A stretch of 64,000 bases of DNA from Calcarisporiella thermophila CBS 279.70 (taxonomy: Eukaryota; Fungi; Calcarisporiellomycota): the NCBI RefSeq assembly GCF_041956535.1, contig NW_027192196.1:576921-640920 (forward strand), written 5' to 3'. Every line of letters begins with the position of its first letter. Position 1 is the stretch's first letter. Made by a program: the position numbers and the translations under genes. The notes below the pieces were generated by a model. The model was given only the letters and a program-made list of their open reading frames with translations. It made no database searches and had not been told where the DNA came from. This document shows positions 12,559-27,021 of the stretch, piece by piece.

Positions 12559-13787
12559 CTACTGATCTAGTGTTTCCATCAACTGATCCACCCGCTCAAT
12601 GACCTGGTGGATGTCCGGACGATTATTCGCCTCCGTCACGAGAATGGACTGCACGAGTGCTCGGAAATCGCGAGAGTATCGGTCCTCTTCTTCGCTCGTC
12701 GGGAATCGGAACTGACCGTTCAAGACGGCTAGAGCCATACTCCCGCCTTGCTCATTCATATTGGCTTCGAAGGGACTTTGGCCGTATGCCATTGCATACA
12801 GCGTGCATCCAAGAGACCAAATATCCACTTTCTCGTCGAGCTTACTTCCGGTTTTCACGTCAAATAGCTCCGGAGCACGATAAGGCATCGTGCAGTGCTC
12901 AGCGGCAAGGTCTTGCTGGGTCAAGGCCTCCTGTCGAGTGCGCACTTCGATGCGAGCGCGAGAGACGGAGCCGAAATCCATTAAAATGGGGGTTCCATCG
13001 TCAGCAATAAGGATGTTGCCCGGCTTAACGTCTCGATGCGCGTACGGAACCACCCCGCTTTCCCGATCTTCGTTTTCTCCATTCCCATTCAAGGAGGTGT
13101 TGAGGGGAGCGCCCTCGTTTGCTTCCGGCTCGGAGGTAAAGGGGACATCGGGGAGCTGGTAAGTGTGCAACGCGCGTACTGCATAGCAAACTCCACGGAA
13201 AATCCGCAGTATTTCGCGTTCGGAGTAGTGAGTTTTATTGACGAGATGGTTATTGATGGCATCCTGAATATTTCCTCTCTATAAAACAAAGTGGGCATCA
13301 ATATAACAAGGAAAAAAAACCTATTAAACCATGGTGGGATGGCATACCTTAAAATAGGGCATAAAGATGTAGACGACTTTGCTGCCGTCTTTATCTTGTA
13401 CCACACATGTGTCCAACACTCGAATAATATTCGGGTGGTTGAACATTCTATACATGTCAACCTCTTTCATCGCGGCTTTTAGACTATCAGTCCCAAATGG
13501 GCAGCGAATTTTTTTCAGTGCATACTGCCGACCGGTTGAAGCGTCCTGCACGAGATAGACGTAGGAAAAGCCCCTGGAGCCAATCAGCGTAGAAAATAAA
13601 GATTTAGGTATAGGATGAACGAATTAACCATGTGAGAAGAGACACATGAAAGAGCAAAGAGTTACCCTTCTCCTAGTAGTTTTAATATTCGGAAGGTCCG
13701 CCGATTGATGTTAAGGGTTGGGCTGGGAAAACAACATGCTGCAATAGAGAAAATGTCTTTCCAAGTCGATGGGTTAAGTATGTTCAT
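12559..13787 (-). CDS. ENV7: NAK-family Ser/Thr kinase, Env7/STK16-like
   Basis: N-terminal ACCFP (palmitoylation-type Cys pair), LGEG|GFSYVYLV, YALKKI, HRDVKPGN, DFGS, CTMPYRAPELFDV and DIWSLGC. Two introns. Confidence 0.92.
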
Positions 13788-14186
13788 CTTTCGTAGTGTT
13801 TATACAGTATAGGATGGCTATCCATTTAAGAGGAGCAGATGGCGTGGGATTTGTTTAGTTTTCCAACGTATTTTTTTTTGGAGTGGCCTATTGCACTTTT
13901 ACCAACCTTGTCTTAAATAAGAAGATGAAGATGAGATGTGGAGTTACTCGATCTATTCCATCACCAAAAATCTTTTTAGAAAAAAACCTTTGAAGGAAGA
14001 GGCGCAGAAAATTTCTTGGTTGATCTTTATTTTTCAATTATCAGAATATTTATGTATGAAAAATAATTTAATAGTATAAGAAGAAAAAAAAATATCAATC
14101 AGATGAAGAAACCAAAAAAAGGCGTAAAAAGGATTCTCGACTATTTTTTTATTTTTATTTTTTTTAGCAGCTCACGCGTATTTGTA

Positions 14187-14803
14187 TTACTATTGAGAAA
14201 GGGGATCATGAGCTGACAGAGTACCCATCTCGTAAGATTATAAAAAGAACTTACATAGTTCACACCTCTCAAATAATCACCCAGTTTCTCAACTACCACA
14301 TTGGCTTCACCTGGTTGTACACCATCGGCGTAGACGCCCACTATGACTAGCTGTTTTGTTTTAACGCAGCAAGCTCCTGATGATCCCTATTAGAGTATGT
14401 AAAAGGGTAATTAATATCATCTCATCACGATCCCAAAATATAACTGGGAATATTTTTCATAAAAAAACCGGGATTAATATCAAAATCGCGAGATTACCTG
14501 TTTCAAATAAATGCTCTCGTCACTGCATCGAAGCGGAATGTACTTTTGCCCGCCAAGGTGAATTCCCGAGGCGTAAAATGGGGAGGGATCATTGAAGGCA
14601 TTAATAAGGGCATCCACCTCATCTGGATTTAACTAATTTGAGAAATACATATTAAGATGGAGACAACCATTATTTATTATTGAAATTCCCACCTTAAATC
14701 CGCTGGATGTTGCGCATTCGCCTTTCTGGTGAGTATAGATAGCCGCTTTGGCAATCTTGTTAGAGCCGATCAAACTTTGGTCAATATAGGCTTGCCAAGA
14801 CAT
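14187..14803 (-). CDS. PFY1: Profilin
   Basis: MSWQAYIDQSLIGS at the start, GIHLGGQKYIPLRC, and QPGEANVVVEKLGDYLRGVNY at the end. The last intron (~14190-14254) is followed directly by TAA. Confidence 0.95.
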
Positions 14804-15272
14804 TGTGTTAAGTAAAGTAAAAAAAAAAAGACCCAAGAAAATTGAAAAAAAAAGGAGAAAAGTTTGAACAGAAAAAAAGGACGATATAGGAGGGAACGCG
14901 GCTTGTTTAATGGGGCCAGGGTTGGGAGCGATAAATTTATTACGGATTTTGAGGATAAGAAGTTCTTAAACAAGCCCTAAAATCAGCTTGAATTCTAGGA
15001 ACTTGGGAATGAATTCGCGAAAGGAACAAGGACAGTAGAGGCCATGGAAAATTACAATACAAAATTTTATTAAATAGAACATTAGTGGTACATAGTAATG
15101 TATGTAATGTATATAAAAATAGAGCTATTGTATTGACAGAACCGTATGGAAACTAGAGGTTATGAAATAAGGATGAAAAAATAAGTTAGAGAAATAGACG
15201 GGGTCAACCGTGACACTGATCAACAAATCACAGCATGTATATAGGAGAGCCCTAACACAAGTCAAGAGTGGG

Positions 15273-18200
15273 TCACAGGCCTTCAGGTCGATGCATTGCA
15301 CCCTGACACCCTTCTTCCATATCTCCCGGTATAATATGCGGAGGAAACCTCATTCTCTCGGGGGTGTTGGGCTCCGCAAGAAGTTTTTCGAACCCGTACA
15401 TCTTATCACTTTGGAGAAAGAGTTGAGATGGGTTGCGGGTATGCGTGGTAGGGATGGACGCAGTGAGGGAGCGGGTGTGGGGCTGCGAGCGGTAGTACAC
15501 TGGAGCCGGCCCGTTGAACGCGACAAATCCTTTGTCAGTATGGTGCGTTGGAGATCGATTTTGTTCGGGTGGTATTTGGAGATGAGGGGGGAAAGCGGGG
15601 GGATTGATATCGAAGAAATCGTCTTCTATCACATCGACTGGCCCATTGAAGAGGGTGATGGAAGAAGCAGTGGTGGCGGAAGTAGTAGCGGTAGTGGCAG
15701 ATTCTGTTGGCTGGCACCAGGCTTCGTCTAGTTCGCTCTTATGCGAAACCAGGGCCATGTCGTCGGATTGAGACGAGGGTCTACCCTGTAAGAAGGAACC
15801 TTCATGCTCCAATTTTTTTAACGAAAAGAACCCCTCAGCTGCCGTGGGCCATACCGGTTTCTGGTCGTCGAGCGATTCCGATGATGGGTGGGCGGCCCCG
15901 TGGTTAATCGCGGTGGGACTAGAAAATCCCCTATGGTAAGGCTCTAATTCCATGGGGTCCAATTCTTCCCGTCGCTCCGGATCCTCGTCCTCCACGTCCA
16001 AAACAGCATCAAGCTGGATATGGTAACGACTCAACAATTCTTCTATAATTCGTTTCAGTTCTTGGGTGCTTAGCCGACTGCGCTGGTGAGCCTCCACTAA
16101 CCGTAACGATTTCGCTAAAAGTCTTGATGGGGATCTGGTCGTGGTCCCTTGTGGGCAACGCGGGGAGGTTGCCGCCGTCATGAGGTGAATACTGGCCGCG
16201 GTGGTAAGTGAAAAGAGCGCATTGTACAGCGACGGGTTCGCGCCATTTCCGGCCACCAACTCGGCAAGGTGTGTGATGAGGCTGGCGGCACTGTTACAGA
16301 TGGCGTATGCTTCGTCGGTCTCACTGTTTTCTGAATAGTTATGGGAGAAGGAGGTGCGCTCGAGGGTGGGCCTTTTATCGGCATTATAGAGAGCTCTTAG
16401 ATCTGGCATAGATTGGCTAGAGAAATGGCTGGTGTAATAGACCGTCGAGTCGTGGAGCTTCAGCAGAGGACGATAAAGCAAGATCTGCACCGTGAAATAG
16501 GAGATAAGCAAGAGGGCCTTTCTCGACGAGGAGATGGAAATGAACTCAGGGGTAAGCCGCAATTCGTGGGACACATCACCATACCACTTCGCTAGATTGG
16601 CCTCCAGCTCCTCGAACACATGCTTTGAAATTTGGTATTGGGGTAGATGATACAGGTGTCGAAGGATATCGCCGAGGATTTTTGATAGGCGAGTTTGGTA
16701 CCTAAATATTTTCACGGAGCCGCTTCCAAAGCTGGATTCGGAAGAGGTAACCGCAGGTGAATGCAAAGGAGCCTCGGGCAAACATCTTGACTTCTCTAGT
16801 TCGCACAACTCTTCATCCTCTAGCTCCGGCAAGTCAGTGTCAATATACCATAGATCAACTATAACTGGCCGACTCGTAGAAGCGGAGAGCCACCGATCAA
16901 GGACAAAAAGTGTCCACGTAACTCGACGGCGTATCTCTCGAGCTACCACCAGTGACTCGCTCTGACGTTCCTGTTCTCCCTCAGCAAAAATCCCTTCCAG
17001 CTCAGCTAACGCACTATCCTCCGGTTCTCGGTATAAATTAAGCGTCACTGCCATTGAGTTGGCCATACTACATAATGCGTGGGCCTTGATAGGTCTCCCG
17101 ATAAGATAGTCTCGAAAGCAGAGCAATAGCGCCGCTTGAATCATGCTCAAACTGGGCTTTGTTTCGTTGAAAATGGCTTCAGTTAAACTTTGCTTCGCTC
17201 GATGGTAGAAAGCTTCTCCTGGCGTTTGGGTCCCCACAGGAAAATGCGTCACTCGAACATCCTGAGTGTAGAGCGCTCCTACCGCATAGACTGCACAGAG
17301 CAGTAACGGATTGTGATATGGATCGCCCTTCCATTTCGTAAGGTAGAGCGGTTCAGGAAGCATGGGGATCATACACTGGAAATGGTGAAAATAACAGTAC
17401 AACAAATTGTGCGATAAATCTTGGGGGATCAGGCGCTCAATTGGGGTAGATGCATTGAATGCGATATCAAACTGGTTCTGCGATCCATCGCCATGGGAAT
17501 GCCCAGAATGGGTGAGGGGAGACGCGGATCGGAAGGTCATGTGGCTCACTCTCCGACATTCTGCACATGTGAGCTCCATGCCACAGTCGTTGCAACACGA
17601 AAAGGATGCTCCCCCTCTCTCCGTTTGGTGGGAGGGTGGACTGTGCTGATACTGCGGTTCAAACAATTTGAGGTGGCTAACACCTTGGACAAGTTTATCG
17701 AAGAGTTCATCTGTCGAAGAAAGGCTCGAGTTGCGACCCGGCATAGTGGATGGCAACTTTTCAAGCGGTATGGAGTCGTCGAAAATTGGTAGGTGGGTGC
17801 GAGTATGATGTAGAAAAGCCGGCTGTTGAGCGTGGACAACAGGGGCTTTAGCAAGTGGAGAGATAGGCGAGGAGGACGAAGAGTCTGACGGGTTGGCTAT
17901 ATGCTCTAAATTTTAGAGGCTATGAGCTCCTAAACACAAATCAAGACTAAAGTCCTATTTACCATAGATATTCAGAGGATTGAACGGCCGATTGTGTTGT
18001 TGAGCGTTCGAAGGATATAAATCGCCAGCATCTGTCACCAAATGAGCCAAGCCTTCTGCTCTCGCTGATGCCGGCGAGAGCCGAGAAGATTCAGCTTGAA
18101 GTTGCTGTTGGTGCGGTGTAGTTTTTGCATCACCATGCTCAGCAGATGTTGCCGTGGGTGCGAAATTCGAAGACGACGAGGCCGCCGTTGGTTTATTTTG

Positions 18201-18413
18201 ACAGGGGGACTTGCCGTGGAATATGGGATAAGCTTTTGGCGGCCCCCGCTTCTTGGGCACATCGATATAGCTACACTGTAGATTCAGCGTCAAGCAGCGC
18301 CCGCATTTGGGATGGGTTCCGTCACATTTGACCTTCTTTTTGCGACAAGTGTCACAAGCGACAGTAACCTTGAGCCGCTTGTATTGGAATCGGTTCAATG
18401 CGAAAGTGGACAT
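15273..18413 (-). CDS. Zn(II)2Cys6 transcription factor with fungal-specific TF middle domain
   Basis: ACDTCRKKKVKCDGTHPKCGRCLTLNLQC cluster; middle homology motifs MIQAALLL, MAVTLNLYRE and REIRRRVTWTLFVLDRWLS. One intron at ~17907-17961 restores the frame. Confidence 0.92.
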
Positions 18414-20571
18414 GAGATACGAGTACTCTCCTAGAGAACTTAATGGAGTTGCTCAAACTGGGAATTCGTACAAGTGATTGATACGAATGGAATAACAGGC
18501 TGGGTGCAAAATCCTGCAGAGGACAAGAAGGAGGGCTGCAAAGAATCCCAAAAACAGATAATTAGCAGTGGAGATGGATTACAATCAGGACGGAAATCAG
18601 AATAGAGAATTGGATAGAAGCAGAGGAAACTAGCTCAAAGTGGGTGATCAAGGGAATGCTGCGGGGGAGAGAGGTCAAGAGGGTGATGCGGTGGACAGAA
18701 GGCGGGATTAGCATACAATACGAGGAAGCAGAGCAATGGAGCCGAATGCAGGGAAGCTCTAAGCTACATTGGCATTTAGAACACTGTGGAATGGGGAAGG
18801 TCGAGGGATAGGTTATGAAGGAGCCGAATAATTTTAAGGGACTCCTCTCTCGACCTGTAAGGGGTGAAACACGCCGGTTGGCCGAGATCGAAGCATCGTG
18901 ACAGAACTCTAACTCGGGAAATTCGATCATCCAAGGGGATGAGCCGCCGGCGCCCAATTGGCCCCGCGCCCCATCTCTGTTCGTTTGGATCGCAGGTTCC
19001 CATTGCAGCGGCCGGCTCACCAGACTCAGGTCTCTGCACCACATGCCCTGTTCCACCGGCTGTGTCTCCCGGCAACAGCCAGCTGCGGACGACTCATTAC
19101 GTAATGGAGCACAATCGAGCAAAGCACACAGCAGAAATGGGCTTATCTCGGGGGTGATTTCATTCAGTTTGGGCAGGATGCCAGCTCCGCGTTCCGAGCC
19201 ACAGCAGGCCCCTTGAGCCAGCCTCTCCGCGGCCGGTCGATCAACTCGGCTCGTCTAATGAAACGGGTGGATCGGCTCTGCTGTCGATCCGTCCTCAATC
19301 GGATGAGCACTAATTCCCCACAAAAGAGGATTCTATTTCATTAAGCGTATGCAGAATAGACTTAGAAAGCGATGGATGTCCAACGGGGATAATATAGAAA
19401 TCCAATGGATGAAACCGCTATGCGGTAGCATGAAAGTGGAATAGCCCGAATATGATAATTAAATTATTAGTAAGGAGGGCAACCAATAGCTCCACCATAC
19501 GCTATATGACACTTGTTGGCTATATTGATATATCTCGTTTGCAACCGACCCCCTCGACCAATTTTGCGTTAGAGGTGGTATTTAGACGAGCCGCTGCTCT
19601 GGTTATGGCTATTAATCATGATAAACCGAAATGTTTTTGCAATCAGAATAACAAAGTCAGTGCTGGATTATAAAAAAGGGGAATTGCACGGAATTTCATC
19701 ACTGCGGAGACAGGCATACCCAGCCGGAGTGAGCAGCCTCCTCTCGAATCCGCATATCCACTCTGGAAAGAATCAATGGCGGATAAAAAATTGAAAAGGC
19801 TCCATTAGCCAACATAATATGGCATCCAAATGGAAAGGTATGAAACTAGATGTTATTGATAAAAATAAACTAAGGATCCAAAATAGTAACTGTAGCAGAG
19901 AGCACAAAATGATGCTCGCGTTTATTCAATGGAATCAATTTCCACAATCCACCAATCACTGCTTCTCTCCTTGCGCTTCCAAGCAGTTAGCCCAATCGAT
20001 AAGACGTTCGAGGTGACAACTGCGAGGCAGCCGCTGGATTGTTGCTTTGACCAAATGATTATTCCAGATGATTTGGGTCGATACATCAATAGCCAAACGC
20101 CTTAAGCCACTTCATTATCGTCTATATCCTGCCATTCATATTCTCTATCTGAACTAGGATTCACTCAGCTCGACAGGATCGCTGCCTTCCCATGTCATCA
20201 TTGCGTTGTCTAACTGTTTACGCATCATTTCCTCTCCCCGCGGAAAGGCCATTCAACTAATCTCTTTGAAATTGCTATGGCCACTTACAGTGTCAACTTG
20301 ACCTAGTATGCGGGTGTATTGCGTTGCGAGCACAAGATTTTTGAGTGGTGTATCTAGTTAACCAATTTATCGTTCCGAGGTTCTTCTTCGCCACCTTGGA
20401 TAAATTGAATTAAATATGAGAACAAATATAAAAAATGCGCTTAAAATAAAGTCCAGGGAGAATCGGTTAAGAGGAAAAAGAAGAATAAAAAACATGTACA
20501 CAAACAAAAAGGTCCCGGCTTAGTCTAGTTAATTACAAAATAATTTATAAATACAGTATATTAGTTGCCGT

Positions 20572-22437
20572 TTAAGAGCGGTCTAATAGGGTCCTTCTCG
20601 ACTGAGCCATCCAAAAGAGAGCCGCATCCAGAAGGCCCATACGCGTCAGGATGGTGGTTAGCCATTGGCTCATATGCGCGCTAAACCGCTCACGAAGCAG
20701 CGCCGCCATTAAAGCCCAGTAAAAGAGCCCATACCAACGCAGGGACAAGTGGAAACCACGCCGTGCCACGCCAACCACCTTACGTTGAACCTGGACCAGC
20801 GAATAGAGGACGGTGTGTGAGCGTAGGGGGAAATAATGGGAAACGTGGCGCATCTCCGGGGCAAGCTGTAGTGCCGTAGAGGGCCGGGAATCCTCGATCC
20901 TATAGTTGTTGTCGTCGTCATCAAGCTCGGAAAGGAGGTCGTAGTTTTCATCGTCGGCAAAAGGTGTATTTAGTACATGATGGTCATCCCCCCGAAGTTT
21001 TGCTTGTAGCTCGGACTGCTGCTCTTCTAGTTGGGCGAGTTGCAGTTTATCGAGCTCCAAAGATAATTGATCCGCCAGATATGCCGCTGAGCCTCGGCCT
21101 AAGCTACGTATCTGAAATGGATTGATTCGCGCAAATGCATGAGGATAGAGTGGAACCAGCACTGAGAGATGTGAGATTGGGCTGGACAGTTTTTGGATAA
21201 CTAGCATATTAGAGGGCGATAGCTTAGGCGAGGCGAGCGGTGTCTGTAGAGGAGTGTAGAAGGGTGAAGAGAGCGGAGATTGCAGTGCATCGAAAAATTC
21301 CTCCCTAGACAGAGAGGAAAACGAGGAGGAGCGGCTTCGCGCAGGGGATGGTATGGGCGAGATCTCCGGTGAAGGTGCAAGAGCCGGCAGGAGTTTTCCA
21401 AAGGTTTGTAAAATCTCATTCGTCTCTGGATCGAACACATAGGCGTCTTTCCCACCAAATGCTGTCCCAAACCAAAGAAGGTGAGCACCACATCAAAATC
21501 GAACTAGTTTGCCATGAATTACCTGTTAGGAGACAAGATTCATCAATAAATTCGTCTAGTTCCTTGGCGCTAGGGAACATGATACGGCTCTTTGCCTCTT
21601 CTGGAAGCATCAATTTCACCATCTGCCAAACTCCCGAGTACATCCATCCAAAGTTAAGTACATAAACGGCACCCACGCAACTTGGAAAATGCGTATGAAA
21701 GAGGTCAAATATAAAGCTACCGAGCTCCATGTCCTATTTGAAGAGTGAGAATTCGAAGTAGGAAATGGGGCCATACAATCAGTACATACAGGAGCAAACA
21801 CACCGCAGCCTTTCAAATCCACTATAGCGCTACAATGTATTGCTATTAGCTCGTCATCATCCAACTCCTCCTCTTCACTTTGGCTCTCCTCGCCGTCGAT
21901 ATCCTCTTCCCAACCATTTTCAACCTCCATTCCACGGTTATATTTCGATCTCCTGAGCCTTTCGTTCGTCCATGCCCAGGTAATTCGCCGCTGCAAATCG
22001 GCTGTAAACATAAAGTATTTTTTAAATGCCTCCACAGGCACCTCCCTCATAACCCGTTGATATAATTTTAGATCGACAATGCCCAATGGCCTGCCTAGTC
22101 TATCTTGGTTTCTGAAATAAAACAACCCATTCAATCTTGGATCAAGCTCCTCGTACTGAAGCAAGTCCAGCCCATTGTCCACGCGCCAGATCAGATTTTC
22201 ATGCAGATTGGAGAGCGCACGCTCGGCATCGTAGTTGGCGCGCTTGTAAAATCGGAAAAGGGTAACGAGATCGGCGGTGTATGTGTGCAAACAGGTGAGG
22301 TGCTGCGGAGAGAGCCCTCGTTCTCGAGCAAGCTGAGTAGCGTAGTCGCGGAGCCGTGTTCGAAGGTAATTAAGCTCTAGGTGGCGACGGTGGTATTCAA
22401 GTGTATAGCTTCTAAGTTTATTGCGTGAATATTCCAT
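20572..22437 (-). CDS. CRAL-TRIO (Sec14-like) lipid-binding protein with hydrophobic C-terminus
   Basis: LFRFYKRANYD..A...L...L.WR, DRLGRPL, IVDLKG and HFPSCVGAVYVLNFGWMYSGVWQMVKLML. Two introns. Confidence 0.85.
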
Positions 22438-22861
22438 TGGCGAAATCAGTTGGCTGTTAGAGAGCTACAGCGATCTGAACGGCTAAGGGTTGGGCTTTAG
22501 TTTAATTTGGCCGCTGGATCATGCATATACGACCAGCGAAAGCCAAAGGTAGTTAAAAAACATATAACTAAATCAAAATATTGGATGTTGACTGAGAGGG
22601 AAAGGCGTTTACTAAAAAATGTTTTGAGGGCAGGCAGATTTCAACTTTAACGGGATCGTTACAAATACAGTTACAAAACGAGACAACCAAACGGCACTAT
22701 TAAAAATGCTACACTCTAAAGTGAAAGGCGGGGAAAAGCTAACAAAAGCAAAGCAAATTATATTCTCAAAGAGTGGAAATAAATAAAGGCCGATAAAAAG
22801 TCCAAAAGAGAATACCGTTCCATAAGGTCGCAAATATTACAAAAGAGATTAAGTTTCCATG

Positions 22862-25800
22862 CTAGCTAGGATCAAGATAATTTCTACGATGTTCCTCATC
22901 TTCTGGTTTTCCACCTGTCCCAAAGAGGGATTCCACTATAAAGTTCATCCCAATGAAACTCGAGGACCACATCCGCGTCTTGGATGAAAATGACTTTGCA
23001 GTTTCACCAGTACCATTTTCATCCCCGTTGCCAGTCGATTCCTCTGTCTGACTAGACACGCTCTGACCCAATTTGGTCGAAAAGAGACGACGCGTCGGAG
23101 CCCATAGAGGGCCAGTAGGCAGACGTAGCGAGGGATAGAGTCCTCTATCCGTGCCTTCGCTCGCTTCTACTCCACCGCCGTCACCCGACTCTTGTGGGTG
23201 GATACCTTCTCGTTCCGCCTCACCACCAGGGCGCTCTCCTGAATCTTGTGTGGAAATCCCTAGGCCAGTTCCGGCGGGCTGCTGCTCAGGAGTCGATCCA
23301 ACCACGACCACAGGCGGAGCGGACACTTTTCTTGACTTTTCAATCATATTACTCAGGACCGCTGGTACCGCTAAACTAAGATGTCTCTGCTTCGTAGTTT
23401 GTGCCGCCTGGGCTTGGGCAGCTACAGCCGCAGCCTGCCGCTGTAGCTCATAGGATGTACGAATGGTGGCTTCGGACTTGATGCGATTCTCGTCCACCTT
23501 CGTGACATAGCTTAGCTGCACGTCGTTCATGGTCATACGCAGCTGGCCGATCTCATAAAGGAGGTTTCGCACCAGGCGAACCATCCCAGACAGCACAGGA
23601 TCTTGGCACTCGTCCGATTTCGAGAACGGTGCTTGCGAATCGCTAGCCCCTTGCGATAAGGAATCCAGAGCGACATGGAAGCGTAGAGCAAGTGAATCCA
23701 CGTCCTGCAACACGTTGTCAATCAGAGTGTTGCTTAATTGCGTGAGCCGATGGATATCAAATGAACGGTTTAGTCGACGGTTGAGCGAAAGAAGATTGGT
23801 GCTACGAAGTCTCTCTAGCAAGTGCTCTCCTAGTAAGGATAGCTGTTTGAAGGGCGATTCGTCTCCCTCGCATGCCAAGCCAGTCCAGCCTAACTGAGTG
23901 GCAGCAGCCTCCGCCACCGCAGCATCCGACGTCAAGATATCCTCCTCGCGTTCTCCGGGAGGTGAGGCAAGGGGCGAGGTAGCTGCATCCACTAGGAGCT
24001 TGGTAGTGGCGGTGGTTGCAGGTGATAAAGCAGAGTATAGGATTGGCTCCCCACCACGATATATATTGATGAGAGGCACGCTTTTCGATTTAGGCATACC
24101 GGGGGTAAATCCTGAGAACCTTGACTCGGATCCGGTAATAGTTGCAGGGCTTTGACTCTCAATGGACCGTTTCATCGATGACGGAGTACCTGGAAGGGGT
24201 GGACGAGTAGTTGCTGCTGCTTGGTTTCCCTCTTGTGTGTGATCCAATCTGCCCGATTGAAGAGACATTCGCCGTGAACGCGGCCTCTCAATCGCAGCCA
24301 CGCTCTTCACCGTGGGGGTTGCATGTTCGTCGCCAATGCTCTCCAACTTGTGCTGCTCCAGCAATATCATATCCGTTAGTTTGGATTTGTCATCTATATT
24401 ATCGATCTCGGCAACGACGGTGGTATCCTGTTGATACAACTCCGAGTTGTGTTGCTGTTGACGCTTATCTTCTGCCTCATGCTGCGGTCGGTATGCGGTA
24501 TAATGATAGTGATGATAATAATGGTGGTGGTGATGTGTATGCACTATATGGCGACCATTAGTAGGGGTGCTGGGCCGCTCATGGTGTACATCTGCATCCC
24601 ATGTCGTGCCTTGTACCCGGGAGGAGGATGCGGTTCTTCGAAGCAAATGCCTTTGCAACGTGGCGTCAGTCGGAGACGCCGCTGGAGAGCGAAACGAGGA
24701 AGATAACGGGCTAGCATGCATCATCCAGCTCTCGGATACAAAAGAGAGTCGCTCGGGAGTAGCAAAGCCTGCGCTCGGATTTGGTTTATTTGTTATTGAG
24801 GCGCTGCTATTAAAGCTAACATCCTGGTCGTTCATGGGGAAAAAGAAGCTGCTAGCATCGTCGATATCGGATTGTATATCCTCTTCGGCCAGGTTGAGAT
24901 TGCCCTGCATTTCCTCTGCTCGGCTACGCCACTCGGCCAACTCGGTTCGCGTAGAGGCAAGGAGTTCGTTACATTCAACCAATTCGGACTGTAGTTTATT
25001 ATTGGTCGTGGTAAGTTCTTTGATCAGCGATATCAAGTACGAGCTGGTTCTGTTTGTACTGGGGTCGACCGGTGACATATCTGGAGTAGTTAGCTATAAT
25101 AGTAAAATGAGTTTTGTGTTTCGATTTACATCCCAACTTTGGACAAGCGAAATTAGCATAAACTACGGGATGATACTAACCCTTGAGATCTCATTTCGCA
25201 GTCTGTCGTTGGATTCTTTTAACCACTCTAACGAATCGAGCTGCTCCTTGGCAGATATATCATTCAGACGCTCTTGTTTAATTTTTTTGTGAGCGCTGGA
25301 CAAAGAGTCTGCGTTGTTTGAAAGTCAATGTCATCCCTTTAATTATTAAAATAAAAAAAGAACACCTAAGAGTGAAAGTATACGTACCATAGCGTATTCG
25401 CAGTTTTTTGAGCTTCGACTCTAAAGCGGATTCATTCTTTCTCGCTGATGTAAGCTCTTGCTTAACATCTTCAAGCTAGTCGATTTATATGATGAGATTT
25501 CAATTTACAAAACGGGTGAAAATACTCCGTGCTAACCTTTGCTTTTAGAGATGCCTCTCGCTCAGCAGCCTGGTTTGATCGTATTTTGTATACTCGAAGC
25601 TTGTCAATTTCCATCTGCCTCGCATCAAGTTCACTTGTTAATTTTTTAACACGAATCTCTGTCTGCTGAAGCTCAAGGGAGATTCTCTTTAAATCCTGCA
25701 AATAAGATCCACCATAGGCATGGATATTAAACTCTATTATGTAATTAAGAGGGGAAGAGGCACCGTACCTGATCGGTTCGACTTTTAGCTCGAAGAGCAT

Positions 25801-26411
25801 CATCACGTTGCTCCGATAATTCGCTACTCGAATGGGTCAGTTCTTCTGCAATCTGTTTCAGCGCCTCTATTTCGCTGACCTGGAAGATTGATATGAGGAA
25901 AATATCCGCAACAGCAGAGCAGTATCAGACTCACTTGCTTTCGGATGAGATCATCTTTATCTCCGATCTCCTTAAGTGTTATCTCATGACGATCCAGCAA
26001 ACTCTGTCCAATTTCTAGAGGGAACAGTCAATGAAGTATTTCTCCCACAGCTAGTCTAAAGAATAGATTTGTATTACCTCCCGCAAGTCTTAGCTCATCT
26101 TCCAGAGAGCGCAGAATCTGGAGCCAGTGCTCTCGCATTCTACATGATGGGCGTCTACAGCAACAGTTGATGGCTGTGGTTGGAGAGCGCTGTGATGAGC
26201 CAGCAGATGATCCAAATGGCGATGGTGTAGAGTAAGATTTTTCGAGATGGAAATTATTCGCGCGAATGGGAGTGAAGGTTTCGGAGGCGCGGCGCATGAG
26301 CAGCGTGTCGCCAGACATATCATGTTCCCACCCTCCACTTCCAGCAGCTGTTGATGCCGCAGAGGGGGTGGTGGGTGTCTCTGACATTGTAGAGGGAACG
26401 AATATGTCCAA
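22862..26411 (-). CDS. Long coiled-coil protein with HAP1/BICD-like N-terminal CC1 box
   Basis: After splicing, reads CCCRRPSC...LEDELRLAG|EIGQSLLDRHE, followed by heptad-rich exons and ORF 22862-25078. About 5 introns. Confidence 0.75.
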
Positions 26412-27021
26412 TTCTGGGTTTGAAAAAGTCTTGTTAACGATGCTCCCAACAAAATTTTGATTTTCGGGTCTCGAATAGGGGACCTTAAATGCCTGGTCAG
26501 CGGATTGACTGCTGACATTTCAATACAACGGTGCTTTTTTATTTAAAGGGCATTTTTTTATGTTTCGCTTTCTGGCCCTTTCTCTCTCCTTATAGCTTTG
26601 CGAGGAAGCAGCCTGATCGGCTCCTATGTGATGTGGCAGGCATCCGTGTATGCTGGCAACAATATTTAAACATTCCAAACAAGAGTGATGCCTTAATGAC
26701 AGGCTTTCGGAATATATTTAAGGAAGATCGAGTCTTGGCTCTAAATCCCCTGTGAGGAAACCTACTTCCCCTCTTATAAAAGAGATTTGAGCATCCATCG
26801 TAATCGGAAACGAAAAACCCGTCTATGACAAATAAACTCTCCTTTCTATATGAGAAAAGCCCCGACCTATCTTAAAAGGCCACATGCCCCGTACTTATAT
26901 AAATCTCTCAGAATACTAAATTTCATATGATTTGTTTTTTTTTTCCCACAGATTAAAGTCGAAGAAAATTGATTTTTTGACTGAAAACTCCAAGTTGATC
27001 CTCTACAGTAGTTAAACAATC

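Noticed and set aside
15273-18413. Zn2Cys6 gene as the nitrate regulator NirA
   Set aside because: It is more than 20 kb from the nitrate genes with unrelated genes between, and the zinc cluster is generic.
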